64,000 bases of DNA from Salinivirgaceae bacterium. Lineage in GTDB: Bacteria; Bacteroidota; Bacteroidia; Bacteroidales; SZUA-534. Below are positions 40,806 to 50,442 of the stretch, in pieces. Both the position numbers and the translations under genes were made by a program. The notes beneath the pieces are model-generated. The model was not told where the DNA came from. It saw only the letters and a program-made list of their open reading frames with translations, and did not search any database. Positions within the stretch are counted from its first letter, which is position 1, and each line of letters opens with the position of its first letter. The stretch covers positions 505 to 64,504 of the forward strand of contig JAQICC010000146.1 in NCBI GenBank assembly GCA_027858735.1, in the 5' to 3' direction.

Positions 40806-40834
40806 TTTCCGCAACCGTTTCCGCAACCGTTTGC
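40806..40834. promoter_or_regulatory. Tandem 12-bp repeat (tttccgcaaccg x2) containing CG-centred LacI-type operator candidates
   Basis: tttccgcaaccg at 40806..40817 and 40818..40829, then tttgc. The 12-mer gcaaccgtttgc (40823..40834) is a 10/12 palindrome around a central CG. gcaaccgtttcc (40811..40822) is a weaker copy. Confidence 0.45.
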
Positions 40835-40908
40835 TTATGTTGTAGAACATTTTTATTCTTTTATTTAACATTCACGAGTTTTACCGAAGGTTGTTTAACC
40901 TAAAATAC

Positions 40909-40916
40909 TAATTTTG
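40909..40916 (+). promoter_or_regulatory. -7 promoter box TAATTTTG for the LacI-family regulator
   Basis: Exact TAnnTTTG match 20 nt upstream of the ATG at 40936. Confidence 0.4.
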
Positions 40917-40935
40917 TTAACATAAGTCAACATCT

Positions 40936-41964
40936 ATGGAACGCAAAGGACAAATAACCATTAAAGACATTGCCCGCGAATTGGGCATATCCCCTTCAAC
41001 CGTATCACGATCATTAAAAAACCATCCTGATATTAGCGCCAAAACGAAACAAACAGTTCACGAATTAGCAAAAAAGTATAATTACAAGCCCAATGCTGTG
41101 GCACTTTCCTTACGAAGCAATAAAACGCATATGATTGGTGTTATTATTCCCAATATTGTTCATTATTTCTTTTCATCGGTAATAAGTGGTATTGAACATG
41201 TTTGTAACGATGCTGGATACAATGTGATGATTTGTCAAAGCGACGAGAACGAAGAGCGCGAAATTACAAGTTTACAGACCCTAACCTCTAGTAGAGTTGA
41301 TGGAATATTAGCATCGGTTTCGAAAGACACATGCGACTTTACACACTATAAAGAACTCATTGAAGATAATGTACCTCTGGTATTTTTTGACAGAGCCGTA
41401 CAAGAATTAAATACCGACAAAGTAATTATTGACGATGTAAAAGGAGCTTTTATTGCCACAGAACATTTAATTCAAGAAGGCTGCAAAAAAATAGTACACC
41501 TTGCAGCTCCACAAAATCTTCTTATTGGACAACGACGAAAAGAAGGCTATATAAAAGCATTAAAACAATATGGGCTACCTGTTGATGAAAACCTTATAGT
41601 AAAATGCGATAGCCGTGAGGAAGCACTTATAGTAGTGCCTCAAATATTTGATTCCGGAATTATACCCGATGGAATATTTGCTGTGAATGACTTAACAGCA
41701 ACAGGTGTACTTAAAATGGTTAAAAAATACGGTTATAACGTTCCCGATGACATTAAAGTTACGGGCTTTAGTGATGGATTTGTAGCTAATGTTACCGACC
41801 CTACATTAACTACTGTAGATCAGCACGGATTTGAAATGGGAAAACAAGCTGCTCAATTATTATTAGACAGAATTACACAAACCATAACCAATTATTCCCC
41901 TGTTACGAAAGTTATACCAACCAACTTAATAAAAAGGGAATCAACAGGGTTTTATACTGAATAA
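40936..41964 (+). CDS. LacI family transcriptional regulator (probable maltodextrin-locus regulator)
   Basis: N-terminal HTH ITIKDIARELGISPSTVSRSLKN and a periplasmic-binding-protein-like C-terminal domain. Divergent from susC. Confidence 0.9.
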   Translation: MERKGQITIKDIARELGISPSTVSRSLKNHPDISAKTKQTVHELAKKYNYKPNAVALSLRSNKTHMIGVIIPNIVHYFFSSVISGIEHVCNDAGYNVMICQSDENEEREITSLQTLTSSRVDGILASVSKDTCDFTHYKELIEDNVPLVFFDRAVQELNTDKVIIDDVKGAFIATEHLIQEGCKKIVHLAAPQNLLIGQRRKEGYIKALKQYGLPVDENLIVKCDSREEALIVVPQIFDSGIIPDGIFAVNDLTATGVLKMVKKYGYNVPDDIKVTGFSDGFVANVTDPTLTTVDQHGFEMGKQAAQLLLDRITQTITNYSPVTKVIPTNLIKRESTGFYTE

Positions 41965-42071
41965 AACCCATTTATAATATATGTACGCGGTTCTAATCGA
42001 CTAGAGATTCCACAATAATTAGGTAAAAAATTGCAAGTATTACGATCTAAACTCAAATATCTGCATTTTCC

Positions 42072-42083
42072 GCAAACGTTTTA
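42072..42083. promoter_or_regulatory. Third copy of the operator-like motif (gcaaacgtttta within tttccgcaaacgtttt)
   Basis: tttccgcaaacgttt at 42067..42081 differs from the susC-side repeat tttccgcaaccgttt by one base. The core aaacgttt is a perfect palindrome centred on CG. Confidence 0.4.
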
Positions 42084-42126
42084 AACGCCTGCTACCCCTA
42101 TTTTTAAACAATTTCCACTATTATTA

Positions 42127-42159
42127 TTTGCACCAATAGCAAGCTTTAGACTAAATTTG
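42127..42159 (+). promoter_or_regulatory. Candidate promoter of the MFS-pgmB-GH65 operon: -33 TTTG (42127..42130) and -7 TAAATTTG (42152..42159)
   Basis: TTTG, a 21-nt spacer, then TAAATTTG, 83 nt upstream of the ATG at 42242. Confidence 0.35.
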
Positions 42160-42241
42160 CATAACCTTTCTTTTAAACATGATTGAATTTAGCGCAACTA
42201 ATAATCATGTAAAATCAGTATGACATATAATTAAAAAGCAG

Positions 42242-43639
42242 ATGAAAAAACAACCCAAATTAAACTTTTGGCAAATCTGGAATGTAAGTTTTGGATTTTT
42301 AGGAATTCAAATGGGATTCGCCCTTCAAAGTGCCAATGTTAGTCGAATACTTTCAAATCTTGGTGCCGATTTACATTCACTACCACTGTTTTGGATTGCA
42401 GCCCCATTAATGGGATTGATAGTTCAGCCCATTGTAGGATCAGCAAGTGATAAAACATGGAATCGTTTTGGACGTAGAGGTCCATATATTTTGGGAGGTG
42501 CTATTGTAGCTGCATTAGCAATGTTCTTAATGCCAAATGCTTCGTTGGTAGTTAAAATAATGCCTGTACTGGCTTTTGGCTTAATAATGTTTGCTTTAAT
42601 GGATGGATCGTTCAATATTACCATGCAACCATTTAGAGCATTAGTAGCAGACATGGTTCCAAAAAGCCAAAGAAATTTAGGGTATTCAACCCAAAGTTTT
42701 CTAATTAATGCAGGTGCAGTTATCGGATCAATTTTACCTTTTGTTTTAACAAATGGTTTAAATATTGAAAACACTGCACCAGAAGGTCAAGTATCGCCTT
42801 CGGTAATTTGGTCATTTTATATTGGAGGTACAATTCTATTACTTTCCGTTCTTTGGACTGTATTTAAAACTAAGGAGTATCCTCCCGAAGAGTATGCTGA
42901 ATACAAGGGGATTGCTAAAGAGACTAAAGCAGACGATCAATATAAAGGCATTGCAGGGTTTTTCAGATTACTAAAAATCACTCCAAAAACAATGCTTCAA
43001 TTAGCGGTGGTACAATTCTTCTCCTGGTTTGCACTATACATAATGTGGGTTTACACAACACCTTCTGTATCGCAACATATTTGGGGATGCGCAATTGGTG
43101 ATAGTACCTCGGTTGCATCCCAAAATGCAGGAGACTGGGTAGGAATATTATTTGCAGGTTATAGTTTATTTGCTGCTATATTTTCACTTTTTATGACAAA
43201 ATTAGCTTCAAAATTTGGACGAAAAACCGTTTATGCCGGAGCTTTACTACTTGGTGGTTTAGGGTACATTTCAACCCTTTTTCTTTCAGGAGGCGAATTA
43301 ATACATTTAAATCTATTATTCACAACCGTAGATGTTCCTTCAAGTGCCGCCATGTGGTTATTTCCAATGGTAGGAGTTGGAATTGCATGGGCCGGAATAC
43401 TCGCTATGCCTTATGCTATTCTATCAGAATCGCTACCAGCCGACAAAATGGGCGTATTTATGGGTATTTTCAACTTCACCATTGCAGGCCCACAAATTAT
43501 AAGTGGTCTAATTGCCGGATCAATTCTGAAATATTTCTTTAATGGAGAAGCTATTTATATGCTTGCAATTGCAGGTGTTAGTATGCTTCTTGGTGCATTA
43601 TCAGTAGCATTCGTAAAACCTACTTTAAAAACAAATTAA
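42242..43639 (+). CDS. MFS/GPH-type sugar (maltose/maltodextrin) transporter
   Basis: 465 aa with about 12 TM segments. The GSASDKTWNRFGRRGPY loop motif is typical of the GPH/SLC45-like sugar symporters found in flavobacterial starch loci. Confidence 0.85.
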   Translation: MKKQPKLNFWQIWNVSFGFLGIQMGFALQSANVSRILSNLGADLHSLPLFWIAAPLMGLIVQPIVGSASDKTWNRFGRRGPYILGGAIVAALAMFLMPNASLVVKIMPVLAFGLIMFALMDGSFNITMQPFRALVADMVPKSQRNLGYSTQSFLINAGAVIGSILPFVLTNGLNIENTAPEGQVSPSVIWSFYIGGTILLLSVLWTVFKTKEYPPEEYAEYKGIAKETKADDQYKGIAGFFRLLKITPKTMLQLAVVQFFSWFALYIMWVYTTPSVSQHIWGCAIGDSTSVASQNAGDWVGILFAGYSLFAAIFSLFMTKLASKFGRKTVYAGALLLGGLGYISTLFLSGGELIHLNLLFTTVDVPSSAAMWLFPMVGVGIAWAGILAMPYAILSESLPADKMGVFMGIFNFTIAGPQIISGLIAGSILKYFFNGEAIYMLAIAGVSMLLGALSVAFVKPTLKTN

Positions 43640-43652
43640 TTTTATTATATCA

Positions 43653-44300
43653 ATGGGACAGATTAGTGCATGTATATTTGATTTAGATGGTGTTGTTGTT
43701 GACACTGCAAAATATCATTACCAAGCATGGAAACGCTTGGGAAAAGAATTAAATTTCGATTTTTCTGAAGACGATAACGAAAGACTAAAAGGCGTAAGCC
43801 GTATGGATTCGCTAAATATTCTTCTTGAAATTGGAAATATTACTTTAAGTGAAGAAGATAAATTGGCTTATGCCGATAAAAAAAATATTTGGTACAAAGA
43901 ATTTGTAATGAAAATGACTCCTGATGAAATTCTGCCAGGAGTACTCGATTTTTTCAAAGAACTAAAAGATGCCGGCTATAAAATAGCTTTAGGTTCCGCT
44001 AGCAAAAACGCCGTAGCAATTCTTGAAAAACTTGAAATTATTGATTGGTTCGATGTTATTATTGATGGAACCAAAACGAAAAAAGCTAAACCCGATCCTG
44101 AAGTATTTTTACTTGGGGCTAAAGGGTTAAATATTGACCCCGCAAACTGTGTTGTATTTGAAGATGCAGAAGCCGGGGTTGAAGCTGCTCTAAATGCGGA
44201 AATGTATTGTGTGGGTATTGGTTCTCCCAAAAATTTAGGAAAAGCCCACAAAGTAATGCCCGGATTACTCAACATGAATATTGAAAAATTAACTTTTTAA
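43653..44300 (+). CDS. pgmB: Beta-phosphoglucomutase
   Basis: HAD motif I FDLDGVVVDT, GSASKN, and the KPDPEVF ... EDAEAGVEAA motifs. Adjacent to a GH65 phosphorylase. Confidence 0.9.
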   Translation: MGQISACIFDLDGVVVDTAKYHYQAWKRLGKELNFDFSEDDNERLKGVSRMDSLNILLEIGNITLSEEDKLAYADKKNIWYKEFVMKMTPDEILPGVLDFFKELKDAGYKIALGSASKNAVAILEKLEIIDWFDVIIDGTKTKKAKPDPEVFLLGAKGLNIDPANCVVFEDAEAGVEAALNAEMYCVGIGSPKNLGKAHKVMPGLLNMNIEKLTF

Positions 44301-44310
44301 AATATTAAAA

Positions 44311-44381
44311 GAGGAGCAACTACTCACGAAATTTATATTTCATGGGATATTTGGGGGAATAGTGTTGCTCCCCTTTTTTTT
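44311..44381 (+). terminator. Putative terminator/attenuator with long structured loop
   Basis: Outer stem gaggagcaac (44311..44320) / gttgctcccc (44364..44373), 9 of 10 paired, with an inner gaaat/atttc hairpin. Followed by T8 (44374..44381). Confidence 0.5.
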
Positions 44382-44517
44382 CAGAAAAACCGAATATCGC
44401 GTCTAAATCTTAATAGAAGTTATAGCGCAAAAATAACTTTATAAATCAGTGCAAAACATTGATCTATTTAATTAAGAAAATGTAAGTGATTATTCGAACT
44501 CCGAAAAATATACAACT

Positions 44518-46827
44518 ATGAATAAGTATTTAAAACTCGATAAATGGAATATTATCGAAGAGGGATTTGTACATGAAAACGTAACCTCATCGGAAAGTAT
44601 TTTTAGCATTGGGAACGGTAGAATGGGCCAACGTGCCAATTTCGAAGAAAAATACTCAGGCGAAACCCTTCAAGGAAATTATATTGCCGGTGTTTACTAT
44701 CCCGATAAAACAAAAGTGGGTTGGTGGAAAAACGGTTATCCTGAATACTTTGCCAAAGTATTAAATGCAGCCAACTGGATTGGTATTAATATAAAAGTTG
44801 ATGGTGAGGAACTTGACCTTAATACATCAAAAGTTGGAAAATTCAAGCGTACACTAAACATGCTAGAAGGCCATTTGTTGCGCTCTTTTAGCGCAACCAT
44901 GCAAAATAAAAATACCGTTGAGGTAAACGCCCAAAGGTTTTTAAGCATTGTTGATGACGATTTAGGGCTAATTAAATATGCCATTAAGGCTGTTAATTTC
45001 AGTGGTGTAATATCCATTGCTCCTTACGTTGATGTTGATGTAGTAAATGAAGATTCAAACTACGACGAAAAATTCTGGGATAGCATTACACAATCGGCCT
45101 CAGATAATGAAGCCTCCATAACAGCCAAAACAAAAAAGACAAATTTTGTTGTAACTACAGCTATGCGTTACGAAATTTGGAAGAACGGAGAAAAACTTGA
45201 ATTAGCTCCAGTAGCCTCTTTTCGAGACAAGTATGCTGAAAGCATGTCTGAAATTAAAGTTGCAGAAGGCGACGAGTTGATAATTTACAAATTCGCAACG
45301 AACGTTTCATCATTTAATCATAATGTGAGTAAGCTTGAAGAGGTAGCAAAATTAGAACTAAATAAAGCGCAGAACAAGCATTATGATACCATGCTAGAAG
45401 AACAAAAACAAGCTTGGGCAGCAAAATGGGAAGAAAGCGACATAACTATTGAAGGTGATGTTGAAGCTCAACAAGCCATTAGATTTAATATTTTTCAACT
45501 AAACCAAACCTACACAGGAGAAGATGAGCGTTTAAATATTGGTCCAAAAGGCTTTACAGGTGAAAAATATGGCGGTGTAACCTATTGGGATACCGAAGCA
45601 TATTGTTTGCCATTTTACCTTGCAACAGCCGACAAACATGTAGCTCGTAACCTATTATTATACCGCTACAAACAACTTAACCGCGCTATTGAGAATGCTG
45701 CAAAACTAGGTTTTAACAGTGGCGCCGCCTTATTTCCAATGGTAACCATGAATGGTGAAGAATGCCATAACGAATGGGAAATTACTTTTGAAGAAATCCA
45801 CCGTAATGGTGCTATCGCTTTTGCAGTATACAATTATATACGCTACACCGACGACAAAGAATATCTTGAAGATTACGGTCTTGAGTTATTAATTGGCATC
45901 TCTCGTTTCTGGAGTCAACGCATTACTTACTCTGAAAACTATAAAAAGTATGTAATGCTTGGCGTTACCGGGCCCAATGAATACGAAAATAATGTTGACA
46001 ACAATTGGTATACAAACACCTTAGCATGCTGGACAATGGATTACACACAAGAGGTATTAGATCATGTAAAATCTGTTGCTCCTGCTAAATTTAAAGCTTT
46101 ATCTGAAAAGTTAAACTTTACTGAAAGTGTAGAACTTGCACGTTGGACGGATATTTCGGACAATATGCATTATCCTGAGGATAAGGAGCTTGGCGTTTTC
46201 TTGCAACAAGATAATTATTTAAACAAAGAGCAAATATTGGTAAAAGATCTTGATCCAAAACATCGTCCAATAAACCAGAACTGGTCATGGGATAGAATTC
46301 TTCGCTCGTGTTTTATTAAACAAGCCGATACTTTACAAGGCATTTACCTTTTTGAGGAAAACTACGATAAGGAAACCATTGAACGAAATTTTGATTTTTA
46401 CGAACAGCGTACTGTTCATGAATCATCCTTATCGCCATGTGTGCATACCGTATTAGCAGCAAAACTAGATAGAATGGATCAAGCTTATGATCTTTATTTA
46501 AGAACATCGCGTCTTGATCTAGATGACTACAATGTTGAAGTTCATGAAGGCTTACACATTACTTCAATGGCCGGAACATGGATGAGCGTTGTACAAGGCT
46601 TTGGCGGATTACGTGTTAACAATGGTAAAGTTTATCTTAATCCTCGCACACCAAAGGCATGGGATAGCTACTCTTTTAAAGTTCGATTCCGCGGCAGTGT
46701 ATTAAAGGTGAACGCATCAAAAAATTCAGTTGAAGTTGAAAACCAAAGTAGTAATGATGTCTCTTTGGTTTTATTCGACAAAGAATATAAGGTAAAAGGA
46801 AATGATAGTTTAACCATAAACAATTAA
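44518..46827 (+). CDS. GH65 family maltose phosphorylase
   Basis: 769 aa. N-terminal WNIIEEGF...ESIFSIGNGRMGQRANFEE is typical of GH65. Context with pgmB and the starch locus supports maltose specificity. Confidence 0.88.
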   Translation: MNKYLKLDKWNIIEEGFVHENVTSSESIFSIGNGRMGQRANFEEKYSGETLQGNYIAGVYYPDKTKVGWWKNGYPEYFAKVLNAANWIGINIKVDGEELDLNTSKVGKFKRTLNMLEGHLLRSFSATMQNKNTVEVNAQRFLSIVDDDLGLIKYAIKAVNFSGVISIAPYVDVDVVNEDSNYDEKFWDSITQSASDNEASITAKTKKTNFVVTTAMRYEIWKNGEKLELAPVASFRDKYAESMSEIKVAEGDELIIYKFATNVSSFNHNVSKLEEVAKLELNKAQNKHYDTMLEEQKQAWAAKWEESDITIEGDVEAQQAIRFNIFQLNQTYTGEDERLNIGPKGFTGEKYGGVTYWDTEAYCLPFYLATADKHVARNLLLYRYKQLNRAIENAAKLGFNSGAALFPMVTMNGEECHNEWEITFEEIHRNGAIAFAVYNYIRYTDDKEYLEDYGLELLIGISRFWSQRITYSENYKKYVMLGVTGPNEYENNVDNNWYTNTLACWTMDYTQEVLDHVKSVAPAKFKALSEKLNFTESVELARWTDISDNMHYPEDKELGVFLQQDNYLNKEQILVKDLDPKHRPINQNWSWDRILRSCFIKQADTLQGIYLFEENYDKETIERNFDFYEQRTVHESSLSPCVHTVLAAKLDRMDQAYDLYLRTSRLDLDDYNVEVHEGLHITSMAGTWMSVVQGFGGLRVNNGKVYLNPRTPKAWDSYSFKVRFRGSVLKVNASKNSVEVENQSSNDVSLVLFDKEYKVKGNDSLTINN

Positions 46828-46863
46828 TAGTATAAACAGACCATGTCTGAGATAAAAATAGTG

Positions 46864-46885
46864 ACCTGCCTGACAATTGGCAGGT
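46864..46885 (+). other. GC-rich hairpin without a U tract between GH65 and the GH13 lipoprotein gene
   Basis: Stem acctgcc (46864..46870) / ggcaggt (46879..46885) with an 8-nt loop. The downstream sequence is not T-rich. Confidence 0.3.
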
Positions 46886-46919
46886 TACAACTTCTCAGCT
46901 TGATCGCAATTTTAAACCA

Positions 46920-48296
46920 ATGAATTATCGTATTAATATATTTTTTAGTGCCCTTGCTATAACTTTGTTTTTCTCATGTAGTTCAAATGCAGGCAAAAAA
47001 ACTGAAATTAGTACTTCTGAATCTTCTACTGCAAATATTGAAGCTGTGGAATGGAGTAAAAACAGCAATATCTATGAAGTAAATATCAGACAATATACTC
47101 CTGAAGGTACATTTGCAGCATTTGAGAATCACATGCCCCGACTAAAAGAAATGGGTGTTGATATTCTTTGGCTGATGCCAATTCACCCTATCTCAGAAAA
47201 AAATCGTAAGGGAACCATGGGTAGCTATTATGCTGTTGCTGATTATCAAAAAACCAATCCTGAATTTGGAACTCTTAATGATTTAAAACACTTAGTAAGC
47301 ACTGCTCACGAAATGGGCATGAAGGTAATAATTGACTGGGTTGCCAATCACACAGGGTGGGATAACTGGTTAATAAGCGAGCACGCCGATTGGTACACAA
47401 GCGATTCAACAGGAAATATTATTTGCCCATTAAATACCGATTGGAGTGATGTTGCAGATTTAAACTATGATGTTCCTGAAATGCGTGAATATATGATTCA
47501 AAGCCTTGAATATTGGGTAAAAGAAGCAAATATTGACGGTTACCGTTGCGATGTTGCAGGTATGGTTCCTATCGATTTTTGGGTAGATGCAAGAACTAGA
47601 CTTGATGCTATTAAACCCCTATTTATGCTTGCAGAACATGAAGGAAAAGAAGTTCTTGAAGCCTTTGACATGATTTATGCTTGGGAATTTCACCACATAA
47701 TGAATGGTATTGCAAAAGGGGAAAAAACAATTTCTGATATCGATGCCTATTATGCCAAAATTGACACCATATTCGACGTGGAAGATTACCTAATGACTTT
47801 TACTTCGAATCATGATGAAAACTCATGGAACGGAACAGCATTTGAACGTATGGGAGATGCTGTTGAATGCATGGCTGTATTTAGTGCTACTGTACCCGGA
47901 ATGCCTCTAATATATTCTGGCCAGGAAGACGAACTAAATAAGCGACTTAAGTTTTTTGAAAAAGATGTAATTGAATGGGGCGAGTTTGAATTTGCCGATA
48001 TGTATTCAAAACTGCTAAAATTAAAGAAAAACAATTCGGCTCTATGGAATGGACATTTTGGAGGAACTTTAAAAAAACTTGAAAATTCAAACCCAGAGCA
48101 AGTTTACACATTTATTCGTAAAAAAGATGAGAATGAAGTAGTTGTTGCTTTAAACTTTTCAGATAAAGCACAAAGCATATCAATTTCAGGAGTTGGTGGT
48201 TCATACGTATCATTATTTACTGGTGAGGAAACTGAGCTTACTGAGCAAACTACTCTTGAATTAAAGCCTTGGGGCTATATGGTTCTATCAAAATAA
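46920..48296 (+). CDS. GH13 alpha-amylase, lipoprotein
   Basis: Lipobox LFFSCSS. GH13 regions I IIDWVANH, II DGYRCDVAG, III LAEHE and IV FTSNHDEN. Confidence 0.9.
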   Translation: MNYRINIFFSALAITLFFSCSSNAGKKTEISTSESSTANIEAVEWSKNSNIYEVNIRQYTPEGTFAAFENHMPRLKEMGVDILWLMPIHPISEKNRKGTMGSYYAVADYQKTNPEFGTLNDLKHLVSTAHEMGMKVIIDWVANHTGWDNWLISEHADWYTSDSTGNIICPLNTDWSDVADLNYDVPEMREYMIQSLEYWVKEANIDGYRCDVAGMVPIDFWVDARTRLDAIKPLFMLAEHEGKEVLEAFDMIYAWEFHHIMNGIAKGEKTISDIDAYYAKIDTIFDVEDYLMTFTSNHDENSWNGTAFERMGDAVECMAVFSATVPGMPLIYSGQEDELNKRLKFFEKDVIEWGEFEFADMYSKLLKLKKNNSALWNGHFGGTLKKLENSNPEQVYTFIRKKDENEVVVALNFSDKAQSISISGVGGSYVSLFTGEETELTEQTTLELKPWGYMVLSK

Positions 48297-48349
48297 TAAA
48301 GATGTTATCCTTATAAAACATTGCTAAATCAGGTGTAAATTCAGAAAAC

Positions 48350-48385
48350 AAAGCCTAATCCATTATTAATTAGGCTTTGTTTTAT
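48350..48385 (+). terminator. Rho-independent terminator
   Basis: Perfect 10-bp stem aaagcctaat (48350..48359) / attaggcttt (48369..48378) with a 9-nt loop, then GTTTTAT. It overlaps the TTG start proposed by the ORF track for the next gene. Confidence 0.7.
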
Positions 48386-48400
48386 AAAATAATAAATGGT

Positions 48401-50248
48401 ATGAGAAAATTATTACTCGCTGTTTTTGTTTTGCTTTTAGCTAATTCGCTTTGGGCAAAAGTTAAAATAAGCAAAGTTGAACCCATGAATTGGTGGGTAG
48501 GTATGCAAAAAACTGAACTGCAAATTTTAATTTATGGTGAAGAAATTGCAACTACTACGCCAGAGATTAATTATGAAGGTGTTACCATAAAAGAAGTGAA
48601 GAAAGTTGAAAATTCGAATTACCTCTTTATCTATGTAAACATTGATAAAAACACCGTACCTGGAAAATTTCCCATCTCTTTTAAATCGGGTAAAAAGACG
48701 GTGATTACATATAATTATGAATTAAAAGCACGCAATAGCAAAAAGGGTATTCATCAGGGTTTTGATCCGTCAGACGTAATCTACTTACTAATGCCTGATC
48801 GCTTTTCAAATGGTGACCCAAGCAATGACAATCATAAAGAGATGCTTGAAGCTGCTGATCGAACAAACCCAAATGGCAGACATGGAGGAGATTTACAAGG
48901 TGTTATAAACCATTTAGATTACATTGCAAACTCAGGTTTTACTGCTGTTTGGTTAAATCCTTTTTTAGAAAATAATCAACCAGCCTTTTCGTACCACGGT
49001 TATGCCATATCCGACTTTTACAAAACCGACCCCAGGTATGGTACAAACGACCTATTTGTAAAGTTAGTTGACGATGCTCACGCTAAAGGATTAAAAATTA
49101 TTATGGATATGATATTTAATCACTGCGGTAGCGGTCATTGGTTCTACAAAGATTTACCATCAGAAGATTGGATTCACCAACATAAAGAATTTACCCGCTC
49201 AAATTTTAGAGCACCAACAGTGTCTGATCCATACGCATCGAAAGCCGATCAAGAACAAATGGTTACGGGTTGGTTCGATAAAAACATGCCCGATTTAAAC
49301 CAGAAAAATCCGATACTTGCCACCTATTTAATTCAAAATAGTATATGGTGGATTGAATTTGCAGGCTTAGATGGTATTCGTGTTGATACACAACCCTACC
49401 CTTACAAAGAATTTATGGCTGAATGGAGCAAGGCTGTTATGGTTGAATACCCCGATTTTAATATTGTGGGCGAAGCTTGGTTACAAAAAATTCCAATTAC
49501 TGCATACTTTCAGAAAGGTGCTAACAATAAAGATGGGTATAATTCATACATGCCATCAGTTACCGATTTTCCAATGTATAACGCCATATCGGAGGCCTTT
49601 AACGAAAAAGAAGGTTGGAGCGCAGGAATGGCAAAACTATATTATGTACTTGCTCAAGATTTTGCATATCCTAACCCGGGTAATTTGGTTATATTCCCCG
49701 ATAATCATGACTTAAGTCGTTACTATGAGACTTTAGGAAAAGATATCCGTAAATATAAAATGGGTTTGGCCTACCTGCTAACAACTCGCGGGATTCCCCA
49801 AATTTATTACGGAACAGAAATTTTAATGGACGGCAAAGAACAAGAAGGCCACGGTTTTATTCGCAAAGATTTTCCTGGTGGCTGGCAAGGTGATACCAAA
49901 AATGCATTTAGGGCTGATGGTCGCACAGATGAGCAAAATGATGCTTATAACTTTTTAACAACCCTATTAAATTGGCGAAAAAACAATGAAATAATTCATT
50001 CGGGTAAACTCATGCACTTTTTACCTGAAGATGGTATTTATGTTGTATTTAGATACAACGATACCGGTGCAGTTATGCTGGTTTTAAACAACAATGAGGC
50101 TGATGATAAAGATTTGCAAATGGCACGATTTAATGAGATACTAAAAAACTATTCAGCCGGCAAAGAAATAATTTCGAATACTAAAATTACGAATTTATCG
50201 GTACTTAAAGTTCCTGCCAAATCGGCTATGATAATTGAGCTGGAATAA
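48401..50248 (+). CDS. GH13 cyclomaltodextrinase/neopullulanase (SusA-like)
   Basis: Signal peptide MRKLLLAVFVLLLANSLWA (ATG at 48401). Cyclomaltodextrinase N-terminal domain (VEPMNWWVGM). GH13 regions I IMDMIFNH, II DGIRVDTQP, III VGEAW and IV FPDNHDLSR. Confidence 0.9.
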   Translation: MRKLLLAVFVLLLANSLWAKVKISKVEPMNWWVGMQKTELQILIYGEEIATTTPEINYEGVTIKEVKKVENSNYLFIYVNIDKNTVPGKFPISFKSGKKTVITYNYELKARNSKKGIHQGFDPSDVIYLLMPDRFSNGDPSNDNHKEMLEAADRTNPNGRHGGDLQGVINHLDYIANSGFTAVWLNPFLENNQPAFSYHGYAISDFYKTDPRYGTNDLFVKLVDDAHAKGLKIIMDMIFNHCGSGHWFYKDLPSEDWIHQHKEFTRSNFRAPTVSDPYASKADQEQMVTGWFDKNMPDLNQKNPILATYLIQNSIWWIEFAGLDGIRVDTQPYPYKEFMAEWSKAVMVEYPDFNIVGEAWLQKIPITAYFQKGANNKDGYNSYMPSVTDFPMYNAISEAFNEKEGWSAGMAKLYYVLAQDFAYPNPGNLVIFPDNHDLSRYYETLGKDIRKYKMGLAYLLTTRGIPQIYYGTEILMDGKEQEGHGFIRKDFPGGWQGDTKNAFRADGRTDEQNDAYNFLTTLLNWRKNNEIIHSGKLMHFLPEDGIYVVFRYNDTGAVMLVLNNNEADDKDLQMARFNEILKNYSAGKEIISNTKITNLSVLKVPAKSAMIIELE

Positions 50249-50390
50249 AACCGATTATCATTCAAAATGCGCCTTAAAAAATCAAGCCCCTTTGAATGTA
50301 TATCGGCATTAACCATTGTATTTATTAAAATGGCTTTCAGCGCATTTCAAATATACAATTGGTAAATTTTCAAACAAAAAAGGCATAAAA

Positions 50391-50424
50391 AAAGCTGATC
50401 TCAGAGGGAGACCAGCTTTTTTTT
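50391..50424. terminator. Bidirectional rho-independent terminator between convergent genes
   Basis: Stem aagctgatctc (50391..50401) / gagaccagctt (50407..50417) with one mismatch. Flanked by an A run upstream and a T8 run downstream. Confidence 0.75.
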
Positions 50425-50442
50425 CTCATTTGGGCTAATTAA

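Noticed and set aside
40806-40829. Tandem 12-bp repeat considered as a CRISPR or microsatellite.
   Set aside because: There are only two units, no spacers and no cas genes. It is better explained as a duplicated operator half-site.
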